From Octopus vulgaris (taxonomy: Eukaryota), in NCBI GenBank assembly GCA_951406725.2, contig OX597815.1:177878001-177942000 (forward strand): a stretch of 64,000 bases of DNA, given 5' to 3'. A program made the translations under genes and the position numbers. Shown here piece after piece: positions 15,060 through 30,419 of the stretch (its first letter is position 1; every line of letters starts with the position of its first letter). The notes below the pieces were generated by a model, which worked only from the letters and a program-made list of their open reading frames with translations, did no database searches and was not told where the DNA came from.

Positions 15060-15299
15060 GTATAAGAGAGAATGGAATGGTTATATCAGGAATAATCACA
15101 ATAAAAGATATGTTAATGTATAGAATCAATGATGAGTAATAATGTATATTAAAGAATATGAAGATATTTAAATATCTTCATATTTCCTACTAAACATTAT
15201 TATTTAATCATTACTATAGCACTACAATTCTATATATTAATATATCTTTTATTGTGATTATTCCAGATATAACCAATGCATTCTCTCTTAAACTTTAAT
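15054..15299. repeat. About 246-bp imperfect palindrome
   Basis: attaaagtataagagagaatg... pairs with ...cattctctcttaaactttaat; central atatgaagatattt/aaatatcttcatat. Confidence 0.9.
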
Positions 15300-15599
15300 G
15301 TATAGCGGCTTTCTCAGATCTCTGAAATCCTTAAACATCTTTTTTAAGATTTTGGACAATGCCCCTAGTTGAGCACTTAACTAGCGATACTCAATACATT
15401 TTGACCCCAAAAGACATTTTATTAATTACATATATGTAGCAGTTCTCTAGGCTTCCAGATACTAGGCTATGCAACCGCTTCCTTCCATTATAAGATCTAC
15501 TTGTGTTTCCCCAGTCGATATCTAAATAGTGTTTCCGTAAATTCATATTCTCGGCTTCAAGAGCATTCTACCTGTCTGTCGTAGCCTGGAGTTAGTAGT

Positions 15600-15990
15600 A
15601 GCCACTGAGTGTATCAGATGTGTTGTGGCTGACGTTTTGCATGATAAGGCCTAGGTCCACAAGGTAGGTCTATTTCAAAATGTGATTTAGCAAACTCAGT
15701 CGCCTTGTCGAGCAGTGGTCTCGTTAGAGAGCGTAGACAATCTATAATATCGAAGTGAGTTAATCTAACCCTATGCTTATTCTTCATGTTCTTCAACCAA
15801 TCTATTACAGCAATGCTATTATCCTAATGTTGTAACCACGTGTTCTCTCAAATTTTGACATTCATATTTCTCCGAAATTGTTTTAATCTGATTTCAGTCC
15901 TCGTTGGGTTTGACAATCTACAATTGCATTTATGCCAATAATTAGCGTTATTGTCTTTTGGAGTAATACAATGTCCCTTTTTGCTTGATC
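15600..15990 (-). mobile_element. Penelope-like RT remnant
   Basis: ITPKDNNANYWHKCNCRLSNPTR and KNKHRVRLTHFDIIDCLRSLTRPLLDKATEFAK resemble N-terminal PLE RT motifs. Confidence 0.75.
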
Positions 15991-16118
15991 AATTATTCTT
16001 TGTATCTATTTATGTATCGATATTTTATGTACATATGCATCTATCTTTCTTTCTTTCTATATATTTATTGATCAATCTATAGATAGATAGAGAGGGAGAG
16101 AGAAACAGACAGACAGGC

Positions 16119-16214
<96 letters not shown>

Positions 16215-17120
16215 GTTGGCTTACCTCGAAATATTTGAGGCGTTATCCTTAAGAGGCAAGATTATTTATCCGCTAACGTCAATTGGAGCTTGGTTCATTA
16301 TTTTACACACGACATCTGAAAAGAAATTTGTCTCCTACAAAAATTTCGCATCCACTGCCTCTCCCTTATTTCTAAGTAACAATATATTAAAGATATTAAT
16401 CAATACATCTTGATATATTTATGTGTGTAAATTTGTGCTTTTGGCGTTTGCACCTCTGTGCTTCCGTGTATGTGTGTCAAACTAATAGTTGCTGGTATGT
16501 GACGTATTGCTATTTTTGTAGTTTGCGGTTACTTGTTTTGGGGAATTTGAAGGATCGGTGCTTCTACATCTAAGTGTTAGCGGCCATTCATTCCGAGAAT
16601 ATTGTTTTTAATGTAAAAATTGTCTGCCCATTTGATGAGGTTCTGTTATCGCGCCAAATGTGCTTCTTCATTTGTTTGTGATATTTTGTCGACTGGATGA
16701 AATATTTTGCTAGACTAAAGTTGTTATCTCTTGATGGTGGGCGATATGGTGTGAATACACTAAGAGTTTTCTGGTTTGTTTTGATTTAATTAGTGTAACA
16801 TAAATTTTTGGTGAGTAAGAGATGTTAAAAATATTTTTTTCTTTGTTTTTAGTGTGTATATGTGTTTTAGTATAACAATTATCTATCTGATTTCCTTTGG
16901 TAGTGTTAAGAAGATGCGAGATATTAGATCTGGTATATTAGATGCTTCGTTCGGTGTAGTACTTTCTAACTGTTTATCTTACGAAATTATATAACTAAAT
17001 ATCGAAGTGCAGCAGATGCCAAAGAGCTTATGTATTAGGTGTGAGTTGTTTCAGTAAATATATTTTTAAAGCAGTAATGGAGGACAGATCCTTATGTTAC
17101 ATCGTTTAAGAAATTTGCAG
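16215..17120 (-). mobile_element. Decayed LINE APE-endonuclease remnant
   Basis: Broken peptides IFTET and VFTPYRPPS; boundaries approximate. Confidence 0.4.
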
Positions 17121-17799
17121 GATTTGAAGTGATATTTCTTGTTATTGAAAAGAACATTAATATATTCGCAAGCATTTGTATTTTATTTATTACTTCTTCG
17201 CAGAAATTGTATACAAAGAATTCCCTTACGTCAAAAGTAGCAAGAATAATGCTTTCACATCATACTCATTTGAACATTTCGTTGTTCAAATCACACTGTC
17301 TTCTTTGTGTATTCTTTATGAATTTTGCGATAGCTAAATTTAGAATTCTAAAGAGAGGTTGCGATTTGAATAGGAAAGAGAAATCCGCGCGGAAGCGATA
17401 CCAACGATTTATCTTTCTAAAATTCTTTTTGAGGAACGGTAATAGGTCTGTGAATTTCCGCTTCTTTTTGGAAATATAAATTTTTTTCTCAGTTACTAAT
17501 TTTAAGAATAGTAAAGAATTGGTATGTATAGGAACCTATGATGAGTGCAAACATTTTTCAAACCGAAATTTTCATTTTATTTTTTTGATATCTGTATTTG
17601 TTATGTGAACAGTGATTTAAAGCCATACATTGATAGGCATCTAAGAGTAAGAATAAAAAAAAGGCTATAATTTCATTTAAGAGAAAGCAATTCTAACAAA
17701 ATGTCATGTACTATATAAAAGGCGATTAACTTATATAAAGTTCCTATCCCTTTGCGTGGATGCTGTGCTCTCAGTAACTTTTACTGATGTACCCATTAT

Positions 17800-18900
17800 C
17801 CGTACGTCGTAGTTTGAATACCAGATTTTATTTTATTTATTTGTTTGGACAGAGATTCAGTACTTGTGTGGTGTTATGTTATATACTAAGATTGTTATTT
17901 GTCTTCTTCCTTTGACTGTATTTTCTATATTTCATTTCCTCATATAGAGTAACATTCTGGCCGTGTGTAATGTTTGCGTATTATATTTGATGATGCCATT
18001 AATGTTTATGAGGTCTGGTGTTTCAAATTTGTTATTAGTGCCACGTACTTGTGGGAGTTCTTGAAAATCTATAACAATTATATTGATACATATACGCGTA
18101 ACAATATCTCCGGGAGACTGTACTCAGCTCACTTTATTGAACCGTAGTTGCGTTTTAACTGAACATTGTCCAAGCACCATTTTTTAATACTATACAGGTG
18201 TTTAGAGATATCTGTTGTATGATATTGGGGATATTTTGCTGTGTGACTAGAATATATTTGGCAATTGTTGCAAACGTATTTCTGATATCTATTAGTGTGG
18301 AAAAATCTATGTCTATCTTTGTTCATGGCCTGGCGTAATATATAGGTGTATGGGTATGGCTTGCTGGGACATAAATCATGTTGTCTCTTTGCAGCGATCG
18401 CAATTATGATATCAATCGGGTCGCCATGCCAGGAGTCTACGTCTCCACTTCTATTGCGTTGCTTATCAATATCCTGATATGCATCTCTATGTCCTGTTAT
18501 GTAGTATGATAAATTAGAAACGAAATGCAGCTAACACATCTCTTTTAATGTTTCTTGTCTTTGTAGAAAATTCTTTAGTTTGACCGACTATGCTCTACAC
18601 CAAGCTTGACTATTTTTATACATGATAGGGATGGCTTTGATGCTCTCACGTAGATTATAATTGTTTAACAGCATAAGAGATTTAGTCCTTTTTAAACTGT
18701 CAAACGCCTTGGAGATTTCTACAAATTTCCGTTTGGCTGAAAATTCTATGCTCTTGTACGAATCTTCTAATAAAAACGGCATGTGGTAGTGTTTATCGCT
18801 CTTTCTCATAACTGTTTCGGTTTCTTCGCGCGATGGAATCAATATGAGGTAAAATTCTATAAAAGAACACAAAGTTGTAGACTACTGCTGAAAGAGTTAT
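17800..18900 (-). mobile_element. Decayed RTE-like LINE RT remnant
   Basis: KFVEISKAFDSLKRTKSLMLLNNYNLRESIKAIPIMYKNSQA resembles the RT FVDFxKAFDS motif and the helix after it; boundaries approximate. Confidence 0.7.
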
Positions 18901-21900
18901 TTCTCTGCCTTTCTGACGCAAGTGAAGATCATCTTCTAACTAACTAACTAACTAACATCTTCCTGTCTCTCTCTATGGAAGATGTTGAGATGGTTTTTAG
19001 CTTGTTTCTTTTATATGTCTACATAAGGACGTCCAACAGATATTTGTGGAAATGTAAAAATCTCAACATAATGATTGGAATGTTAACTAGGCCTGAGTTT
19101 CCTTGTAATTCTATTGTATATCCCTCGTGTCCCCTAACAGTTTTGCTATGAGCATGTTTTCAATGTAATAATAAAAAAATTCTTAATAATTTCAATTAAA
19201 GATGTTGCATGTGGCATTTACAAATTGTTCTCTTAAAATTCCCACCTCACGTATGTCTGATAGGAAAATGTATGCATATTAAAAGGACGTTGCGTTAATG
19301 GATTAGCTTGTTTAGAACGGGTGCTTCGCCACGTTAATGTGTGTGTGTGTGTGTGTGTGTGAGTGTGTGTGTGAGTGTGTGTGTGTTTGTGTGTGTAGAT
19401 ATAATTCCAACGCAGCACCACGTGAGATATAAATGGAAAATAGTCGAAGAATCCAACCTGTATATTAACGGATCAAGAAAATATAAGACGCGCGTTACGG
19501 AAAGAACCCAGATTATTTTCAGATCTAAGAACTCCAGCTTAATGCTGAATTCTAGATCCGAAATTTTCAGCAGTTGTAAGCATATGCCTATGTTCCTATT
19601 AAAAAATTGGGAAGTACATTTCACACTGGATTAAGGAACCCTTGCATAGGATCTAAGCCACTATCTTAACAGCCTTATGATTTACGGCCTAAGGGAGATA
19701 ACTTTTATTCTTCTTCAGTTTTTTTTATTCCTTTTTTGGTTTGGGCTTTTCGACCATCTTCTTTTTATATATACTTCCTTCTCGCTTTTCCCAGTTTTTC
19801 TCTAGTCCCATTTTTAGTTCGTTATACCCCGTGTGCTTTTTTGTTGATTGTGCTGGGGCAATTTGGCATGTTCTCAGCACTGGAAACTAAGAGTAACACC
19901 TAAAAACATATATTGTGTTTATTAAATAATATCTATCTCTCATCTACCATCATGGAACAATACGCTGTGTATGTGTGTATGAGTGTGTGAGTTGTGTTTG
20001 TGTTTGTGTATGTGTGTATGTATGTATATATCTATAAACATTGACTCAGTATTTGTGTAAAATAGTATCTTCGTTTAGTTTTGTTTTCTCTGGGAGCACC
20101 TATCTTTCGAGGTATTTTATGAGTTTGTAATTCACATTCTCTGGATAGTTTTTCTTCCTTGCATTTTCTTTATTGAAATATCTTCTTTCCTATCATAGAA
20201 AATTGGCGCCTATTTTGGAATGTATTCGTTGATTAGTGATGTATTTGTTTTATTGACATTTTATAATTATATCCTGACAAATTGTTTTCTACTCCCGTAT
20301 TTTTCCGAAGCCGATGTATCCACAGTATGCCGAGGCTGAGTAAAACATTTATAATATTTATTTTAACATACAAGGAATAATCATTAATTATCCGCACATT
20401 CCATTATCAATTTTTATTAGTGGCCAGAAAATTAGATGTACAAGCATCTCTAGTCGTCGTTGTCTCCCACTAAACCTTAGGTTGCAGCTTGAAGATGAAA
20501 TATCTTGTAAATTCATTTTGACTCAAAGGAGAGCAGCGTTCAAGGTTTGGTTTTTCCGATGCTGAAGTTGCATTAAGAAAGTATTATATATTCATGGAAG
20601 GATTTTAACAAAATACAGCAACGATGATTTTGCAACTGTGAGCTGTGTATGGATGGATTAAATATTCAAACGTGATCTCATCTTTTACGTATTTGAGGTG
20701 GCGCATAAAAAGTCTTGCAAGCAACTGAACAAATTGCTTTGAAAGGCAAGGTGATAATGCTAAAAATATATATATACTTGCACTTTTAAGATGTTCAAAA
20801 TTGCAATAATGAATGACAAAATAACACATGACTGAACACTGCACATTTTATTGGAAGAAACAGCAAGCGTATCGGCAGCGGTTTTCATAATAGCGGAGAC
20901 GACTTAATTGACATTTCAAGTACAAATCTGAACCAGAGTAAGGAGATGGATGCCGCCTCGAGTGATGCACGTGCAAATTATTTCCCAAGAAAGGGGGGGA
21001 AATTAGAAGCACATTGTTCATAATTAATGACACCTTGCACTCCTTTGGAGCAAAGAGCGAGTGAGCAGCCAAGGTGAACATAACAACAGTGACAACTTAA
21101 TTGTTTCAAATTCCAGCCTGCATCGCAGAAACAACGACTAGCATGGAGTTAATTTTCCTTCTAATAGGTAAAAGATTATAAGTGTATTCCACATAATTAT
21201 CGACTCACCTGCATAATAATGACGACAGCTTAATTGAGGTTGAAAGTTCACACCTGTACTATGATTACTAGACTGTTGCCACGTCTAGCAATGAAAGAGC
21301 AAATAATTTTCCTCGCCAATAGGGAAGTGTTTGTTAGTGAATCCCTGGTAATTAATGACTCACACTTGCCGAATATGGTTTTCATAATATTCCTTCGCAA
21401 AAGTCCATAGACTCTGTCTCTCATGTCTTACTTTTTATTTTTTTTACATTTTTCCTTTTTTTTTATTTTTTCGACGAAGAAGCAAATATACGCCATGTTT
21501 TGTGATTATTTGTGCTACTTTGCATATACAATATACAAGATTTTGCTCTCACTGAAGAAAACCCAGGCTCTATTTTTAAATAAACGTAATTTTACTCAGA
21601 ATTCTTGTATGATGCATATAAAAGTCCTCATTATTTGCCAGATTATCACATGTGCTCTTGCAAATTTATGTAAATTTATGTAAATTCAATTCGAACAGAT
21701 TATTGCTATGATGTACAAATGAACCCGCTAAGATAGTGATATCTTGAGATGAGTTTTTTTCTTGCACAATTTAAATAATTTAATATGTTGTGGTTATAAA
21801 GATGACAGACAAATCCCCTTCTTACTGTGGTCATACTATCCTTCAGTAAAATCCATGTATTTTCCACAGATGCTCTTCTCCTGAATACCTTAAAACGATT

Positions 21901-22278
21901 CTCATTGACATCGTAATAACTGCTGTTTCTATAACTATGCCTGCAAGAAATGCCATTGGTTTCTTGGGCGATACATCTTCCGATACTCGAAGAGAATTCT
22001 GAGAATGAACATCGATTAGAACAATGGCAATGAATACGATGATGAGATAATGATAATCGTAGCGACCATGATTATTAGGATGATGTTTTCTAACACAATA
22101 AAAGAAATTGACCACAGCGATAATATGAATCGACCCCAGTGTGCAGATGGTACTTAATCTATGAAAGCCGCCAAATTTGATTCTAGTGAAGTTTGAACTG
22201 AAGTCACATGTGGGGGAAATTATTAGCTTTCTACGTGTTGTTCATTAATACCTACATTGTGTCACTGAGTAGAATACA

Positions 22279-22279
<1 letters not shown>

Positions 22280-22365
<86 letters not shown>

Positions 22366-22398
22366 CAGTAGTAGTAGTAGTAGTAGTATAGTAGTAGT

Positions 22399-22470
<72 letters not shown>

Positions 22471-22556
22471 CGTGGTGGTGGTGCTGGTGCTGGTGCTGGT
22501 GGTGCTGGTGCTGGTAGTAGTGATGGTGGTGGTGGCGTTGGTGGTGGTGGTGGTCG

Positions 22557-22597
<41 letters not shown>
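22280..22597. repeat. Compound trinucleotide microsatellite (AGT)n/(AGC)n/(GGT)n
   Basis: Read directly from the sequence. Confidence 0.95.
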
Positions 22598-22598
<1 letters not shown>

Positions 22599-22999
22599 CA
22601 GAGAAAAACAGCAAAAACGAGAATGTGAAGAAAAATGAATGAAAAGAATGAGAAGAATTCTCTGTGAAATAGAATTTGAAAATTATTGCGAATATTATGA
22701 ATTAAATGTATTTAAGCAATACATCATTGGCTTCAGAAATGTTAATGCGATAGAGGTGTGTTTTTATTTCTTTGAATCCCAGAATGATATGACGCGCTGG
22801 TTCTTTTCTTATAAGCTTTGTGGATGATAATAGATAAAACGAGGGAAATGAACAAAAGTTTCTATATGAAAGCAAATATGTCATGACAAAAGAGAGGCGC
22901 CAGAATAAGAACAAGAGGAAAGGTTTATAGGAGATTCTTCTGTGTTTGTGTACGTATATAAACATGCAAACATGGAATATGGAATTCAGGTTGGTGAAT

Positions 23000-23430
<431 letters not shown>

Positions 23431-23431
23431 A

Positions 23432-25030
23432 TGTTTCTTTATAGGCTACACAGGGGGGGCAAAATACAAAGTTGAGCTTTACTTTTTGGGGAGAAGAGAG
23501 AAAAAAGACAAAAAAGTGGGTCGAATTCTGATCAAAAGGGATCGTGGGGAAAAACGATCAATAGGGATCGTGTATTACAGAAGTGTCGTAGTGTGAAATG
23601 GGAAACAGATTAGGTTCATCTGTGGAAAGAAAAAACTACGGTAAAGATCACGGGAACCTTGGGCAATAGTGTCATGCAAAAAAACACATTACAGTAAGGG
23701 ACTCTTTTTTACTTTTTATTTTTTTTTTGGTTTATAGGATTATGCTCAATGTGGCTCCGTCATTCACTAGTGCCATCCTAGCTACATTCACCCATCTTTT
23801 TTTGAAATATCCACTAGACAAAACTTCCTTGGTTCCGGCCCGAAAATCGTCTTGAACAAGCGGCTCAGGTATCCCTCGTCGACGTCCAGGTTCGCCCCAA
23901 GATCGTCGTTGTACCTCCCCTCCACTAATCCCCTGTAAAATGCTTTGGTTGTATTGAAGTCTACCTGGGGTGGCATAGTTGCTCGAGAGCAACATGACAC
24001 TCGCGGTGCCAATCGGCCTTCCTCGGCCTCTTTTTGATCCGCGACTGCAGTTCGGTCATGGACACGACCTGCAGGAAAGCGCGCCTCACCAACAGAGACC
24101 ACATTTGTTCCCCGTCGTCTACGAAGAGCCGGAGATGTCGCAGTTTTAGCGCGTGTCTGTGCATCATCAACCACGGCATGCCCAGCTCTCCTTTTAACAG
24201 GTGTTGGCAGCAAACGGATCGCCTGACCATCGGAACGCATCCTTTCCACAAAGAAGAGGAAGAGAATGCGTTCTACTTTGGTGATGGTAGGGTCGGGACA
24301 AAGCACGACGGTCAGGCGGTAGTAGATGACGGACGAGCTGTTGGACGGCATAGTCTTGCTTCTCCAGGTGCAGAGCTGCAAGCCCACTGACTTTTCCCGG
24401 TTGATTGTCACTCATGTTACAGCTTCGTAGTTTTTCAGTGTCTCATGAGATGTGTAGTATTTTGATGTGCTCCGGTGGTTTTACGTATGGGTGGTTGTTT
24501 GTTTTTATGTCATCTTTTGTTAGGTTTGCTTTCGATTTGATGTATTCCATCAACTATTTTGTTTTTAGTGTCTATAGCTGTGAGCATGTTTGCTGTATAT
24601 ATTTTTGTGGTGTTGATGTTGGTGTTGTTGTTGTTGTTGTTTGCAATTAGGTTTCGAAATGTCTTTTTCTGCACCTTTTACTCCTTCCTTTTCTGGTTAT
24701 TTGCCATTCCTCACTGCTTTCGTCTTCCGACGAAATTTCTGAGGAATTAGAAGTGGGTAAGGGCATGTTGTATGCTTCTATGTATGTTTGTGTAAATGGT
24801 TGTGTTGCTGTTTTTGTTGATGTTGGTTGTTGACTGTTTGTGTGCAGTGTGTGCGGCATAGGGGATGGGGAATCAGTTTTGTTTTTGTTTTTTCTGTGTC
24901 TTTACTTCTTGCTGTTGTTGGTGGTGTTGGTATTTTCTCAGGTATTTTCTCAGGTGTTGCATTATTTTCGATTGTTGATGGATTTACTTGGTGTGCTTCT
25001 TCTGTCGTCTTATATGTTGATGGTGGTGTA
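23432..25030 (-). mobile_element. Tx1/L1-like LINE with a large internal deletion
   Basis: Low-complexity ORF1-like end (SSEISSEDESSEEWQITRKGRSKR) joined to post-RT ORF2 (TINREKSVGLQL; GELGMPWL; KRWVNVARM), then a 3' UTR ending ...ctataaagaaaca. Confidence 0.75.
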
Positions 25031-25042
25031 GGTAGATAGATG

Positions 25043-25158
<116 letters not shown>

Positions 25159-25163
25159 TATAA

Positions 25164-25264
<101 letters not shown>

Positions 25265-26181
25265 GTTAAAAGTTTTACACGAATCTGTGTACATGAACAC
25301 ACATCTTTGGTGTGTTTGTGTGTTTGTGCGTATGTATGTGAGTATGTTGTCTTGTTTGCATGTGTGCCCACCCGTGTATGAATCTCGTTGGATAGGAGAG
25401 AGCAATCGTCTCTCAGCCGATTGTTCACCTCTCTTGTACACTTATTCATACCTTTTACTGGTATCAATCTATCGGTTTTTTATGAAACTGTCTGCTTGCA
25501 CATTAATAGATAAATATGTAGGAAATAGAGATAGTTTCCACGAGGTATATCTTACTAGCCAACAACCATTTCAGATTAACCAATAGTTTATAAAACAGAC
25601 GAGTTCACACCACCATAACAATAAGTTCGAGCCCAACACACACATGTTTATAGCATCAATTTGTAGAAATAGTAATCATCTCTCAGCAAAGAAGTCTGGA
25701 TATGCGAGTCTTGACAATGTCTTTAACTGACATCGAAATTGAAGATAATCAATTTTGTTGTTTCAGTGTAAATGCCAATGTTCCTGTGAATTAAAAATGC
25801 GGCCTACTTCCATAAGGTGGTTGCGCAATATTTTTCTTAAAAATATCGGGTTACAAATCTCATATCAGACAACTTTGCTATGTATTTTACACGGTCGTGC
25901 TAACACTGTTTGTACTTGCTTCCAGTTACAGCCTATGATTAACTGTATCCTGATTATGACTTAAAAAGAAAAACAGAAGTCAAATCAAATCATTGGAGAA
26001 ACTAATATCACTTTCTACCTCTTTGCGACCATGTGGTTTGCCCAGGGGAGATTTCTCACGTAGATCACTAACAATCGAATGTAAGTTTGAATTTTAAAGT
26101 ATGAATGTATACGCCCATTCACTCTTACACACGTGTGTGTATACACCCGAACACAAGCACATGTGCACAAACACCTATGCA

Positions 26182-26220
<39 letters not shown>

Positions 26221-26323
26221 AGATATGTATGTCTGTATATATATATATATATATATATATTACATATATATATATATATCATATATAAATATATATATAC
26301 TTATATTATATATGTATATATTA

Positions 26324-26367
<44 letters not shown>

Positions 26368-26370
26368 ATC

Positions 26371-26428
<58 letters not shown>

Positions 26429-27198
26429 GCAGAGAGGAAGAGAGAGAGAGAGATGCAAATATATAGATAGGTATAGAATAGATAGAAAGTGAGATAGATA
26501 TGGGGAAGAGGTATATTGTTGTTGATATGGCTATTGATATTAATTCTAAAGATGATAAATAATAAAAACGGGAAAAAGAAAGATTGACAGGCAGAAATAT
26601 AATATAAATATTGTTTGAAAAAATAGAGAAAAATATGACTGAAATCATAAATTTTGCTGCTATCTTGAACAAAGAGAAATGTAATTGTTTTCTCTGTGTA
26701 TTATTGCCAGCTAGGATGGCCGGAGAAACTAAAGAAATTGAGTTAATACATTGAATAGAAAATATATTCCTACAAATATTTCGCTAAGGAAATATTTATC
26801 TACCGCGGATGCCTAGATAACCTATTGTTGGTTTCTTTTCCAACACCCAATCTTTTCCTTCCCCCTTCTGTCCCCTTCATTCCCTCTCACTTCTCTCCAT
26901 TCTGCCTCTCACTCTCCCTCCTTCTTGTTTTCTTTCTCCGCCCTCCCCCCCAAGTTATCGACATCATTCTTTCTCATTCTATCCAACTATTTCTCACTAC
27001 GTACACACTTATCTACTGGCATGTATATCCATACAGACAAACACACACACACGCAAACACATGTACGAATTCATAGACACATATACACACCACACACACA
27101 CACATACACACACACACACACACACCACACACACATATATATATATATATTTATTTATTTATATATATATAATGTTATATATAGCTATACCTATAATG

Positions 27199-27240
<42 letters not shown>

Positions 27241-27876
27241 GTATGTATAAATATATTTATAATGAACTCTTTGTGTGTGTCTGTGTGTGTGTGTCTGTGT
27301 GTGTGTGTGTTCATAATCTTATGCGTATGTGTATGCATGTGAACACATATTTGAACGCAGACTGACTATATGCATGTTTATTATGCGATATATCATATCC
27401 GCTTGATATTCAACTTCAATCGCCATGCCAGGTCTTGTCCTACACTATAATGATATTTTACTATGCCCGATCCATCTTTCTCAGACAATAGAAGCAGTTA
27501 TTTCATTTCCCATCATTACAGATATTCATCATTTGTTGCTCAGACCTACTGAAAGCAGCTGGAATCATGATCATTTCTGAAAGCCAGCGAAACGGTCAAC
27601 TTTCAGATGCTGCGTCGGCTCAAAACATATTACTGTTCGACTGGTTGCGGTATATTTGGTTATTTACGCAGAATTTTTTTTAGTGAGAGGAATAGTTATC
27701 AAAGTTACTACTGACTCTTGTGTCGATCACTAGAATGACTTCTGGAAATAGGCATATGTTCAAGCGTTAGAATGACAACCTACTCTGTATCTTCATTAAT
27801 TTAATTATGTGTGTGTGTAATGTCTCTGTACGCACACACACACTAATATATATATATATCATCTCCAAACCTTCCA

Positions 27877-27923
<47 letters not shown>

Positions 27924-27925
<2 letters not shown>

Positions 27926-28353
27926 CTCTTTACTCTTTACTCTTTTACTTGTTTCACTCATTTGGAATGCGGCCATGCTGGAGCACCGCCTTTAGTCGAT
28001 CAAATAGACCCCAGGACTTATTCTTTGTAAGCCTAGTACTTATTTATTCGGCCACTTTTACCGAGCCGCTAAGTTACGGGGATGTAAACACACCAGCATC
28101 GGTTGTCAAGCGGTGTTAGTCGGACAAGCACAGACACACAACATACACACACATATACATACACACACACACATATATATATATATACATATATACGACG
28201 GGCTTCTTTCAGTTTCCGTCTACGAAATCCACTCACAAGGCTTTGGTCGGCCCGAGGGTATAGTAGAAGACACTTGCCCAAGATGCCACGCAGTGGGACT
28301 GAACCCGGAACCATGTGGTTGGTAAGCAAGCTAGTTACCACACAACCACTCCT
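27924..28353 (-). mobile_element. Near full-length SINE family B
   Basis: Head aggagtggttgtgtgg...ggttcagtccc, cttgggcaagt, internal (TG/TA)n, (AAGAGTA)n tail. Confidence 0.92.
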
Positions 28354-28457
28354 ATATATATAGTGAATCTAAATAAAGAAGAACAAACAAGAAAAAACAA
28401 TAACGCGAGGACGTGGTACAAGTGCTGTATTATCAGACGCTGAGGAATGGAAAGAGG

Positions 28458-28492
28458 ATGTTACGTTTCGAGCAAAGCTCTTCTTCAGAAAT
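28458..28492 (-). ncRNA. Minimal type I hammerhead motif in a probable PLE pseudo-LTR (about 28362-28565)
   Basis: Minus strand attt-CTGAAGA-A-GAGC-ttt-GCTC-GAAA-CG-TA-acat; palindromic ACGT stem III; one mismatch in stem I. Confidence 0.65.
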
Positions 28493-28569
28493 AGAGGAAA
28501 GTCCAACAGAAGGGAAGATCGAGGAAAAAAATTGCCAACAATACACACGTGGTTACACTCAGAAATATA

Positions 28570-28604
<35 letters not shown>

Positions 28605-30144
28605 GGAGATGGAGAACTATGAATTGTGGGACGGAAACAATGAGACGCATATTATGCTGTCTACATCAGATCAATAGACGCCGGTTGTTAGGGGCTTTAT
28701 ATGAATGCTAAAGAAATGTGAATTATTCCGTATATTTAACAACCTACCAGTGTCTCTGTACACCTGTATCAGTGTATATGAGGGAGTATGTGTGTGTATC
28801 ACAAAGAGTTTGTCTCTGTGTGTGTATTAAGGTAAACTTTTGTAAATTTAATCTGGCTTAGTCAGAATTATATTACCGTTATCTCGCGAAGTATTTTGAT
28901 TGAGATTATGGAAAAAAATTAACCGCTCAAATTGGGATAATTTGTCGACCGAAAATGTTTCTTAGTGTTTATACATTTTCCAATTTACATCTGTTGAATT
29001 GGATTTGTTTGAGATTGATATAGAATTGATTACATCTGACTGAAGTAAAGAGGTGCAATGTGGTTAACAGTTAGATTGTTCTTTACTGTAATGTATTATT
29101 AAACTTCAGAAACGTAGATGGAATATTGTCTACGTTATGCAAAAAACTAGCGTTCACCTTTGTTTAGGAGATGTCAGATCGATAGATATGGTTATAGGGA
29201 TATAATCAAGATTCATCGTGTTATGCATTGGTCATCACACCTACTATAAGTTTCACAAGTTGGTTTTAAATTAAGATATACCACGGGCAAATATGCTCTT
29301 AGTTCTTTATTGTAATTTTAGAAAACTGAGGATTGATGGAATTTGGAAACCTAACCTTAACAGCTTATCAAAAAAACACGCAACCATTCAATATAATAAT
29401 AGATTAGTAACTTGTCGGTTTAAAGAGATTATTAGATATACCGCTAATCCTATTCTACCAGTAACAATCGACTACGCTGCAACCTTTCGCTTATATCCAC
29501 TTCTCCCTTAAACAATTACGTACTTCTAAACCAATTCTCTGCCCAAATAGATACACATTCCCATTACCCTGCACCATAGACAATTATTCATTAGAAAGAG
29601 TCTAAAAGTAAGTTACAGCTGTTTATACAATATGACAACTTTAAGACAAACCCAATCAAATCACTGAGGCTAACAGGACATGCAATTGCACTAATTAATC
29701 AATTACGTAATGATGAATTGATAATACATGAAACAACACTGAAGATGAGAATTATTACATCGATTTTTGGAAAGTGGTTTCAACCACATCGCTTACACAA
29801 TGTTATCATTCAGACGTTGAGTAATCACAAGTAGAACATTTTCGAATTGCATCTGGCATTTAAAACACGATGCTAATTTTCAAATGGAAAACCCGAGAAC
29901 GATGCAGATCATACACCAGTGAGGAACAAAAGATGTGATTTTTGTACAGCTAAGTAGTGACATGTAACGAAGTACATCGCCACATCAGAGCATTATCAAA
30001 AAAAAAAACCAGAATCAAGCCTTATTAATCTCTCTCACGTACATAACATTTAGTTTAAAATGCTGAAAATATCACCACTGTTGGATTAAAAATTTAATAA
30101 AAAATTTTTAGGTTTTCACAGTAGATATTTTCATATATATTGTA

Positions 30145-30419
30145 TTGTGTCTGGGGAGAGTCATTTTCTTTTTGTGCCTTATATTATAACACACTCACCG
30201 GTAATGTTTCCACGTTTTTCTTTTTTTTTTTTTTTTTTCTAAAATTTTCGTTGCGTTTTGCAACCTTTTCAATAGTTTTGACTATTGAAAAACTATTCAA
30301 AAGGTTGCAAGATGCAACGAACATTTTAGGGAAATAAAAATAAGGAAGGAATGGAAATTTTACCAGTGAGTGTGTTATATTATAAGACACTAAAAGAGAA
30401 TGACTCTCCCCAGACACAA
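30145..30419. repeat. About 275-bp palindromic (fold-back/MITE-like) element
   Basis: ttgtgtctggggagagtcatt...aatgactctccccagacacaa; inner ttgcaaccttttcaatagttttt/aaaaactattcaaaaggttgcaa. Confidence 0.9.

Noticed and set aside
19480-19575. Hairpin plus gtaacgcgcgtc resembling a long-stem hammerhead
   Set aside because: GAAA and CUGANGA both altered and not adjacent to the stem
24034-24390. 118-aa + strand ORF (also the 55190-55573 + ORF)
   Set aside because: Antisense shadow frames of retroelement coding sequence
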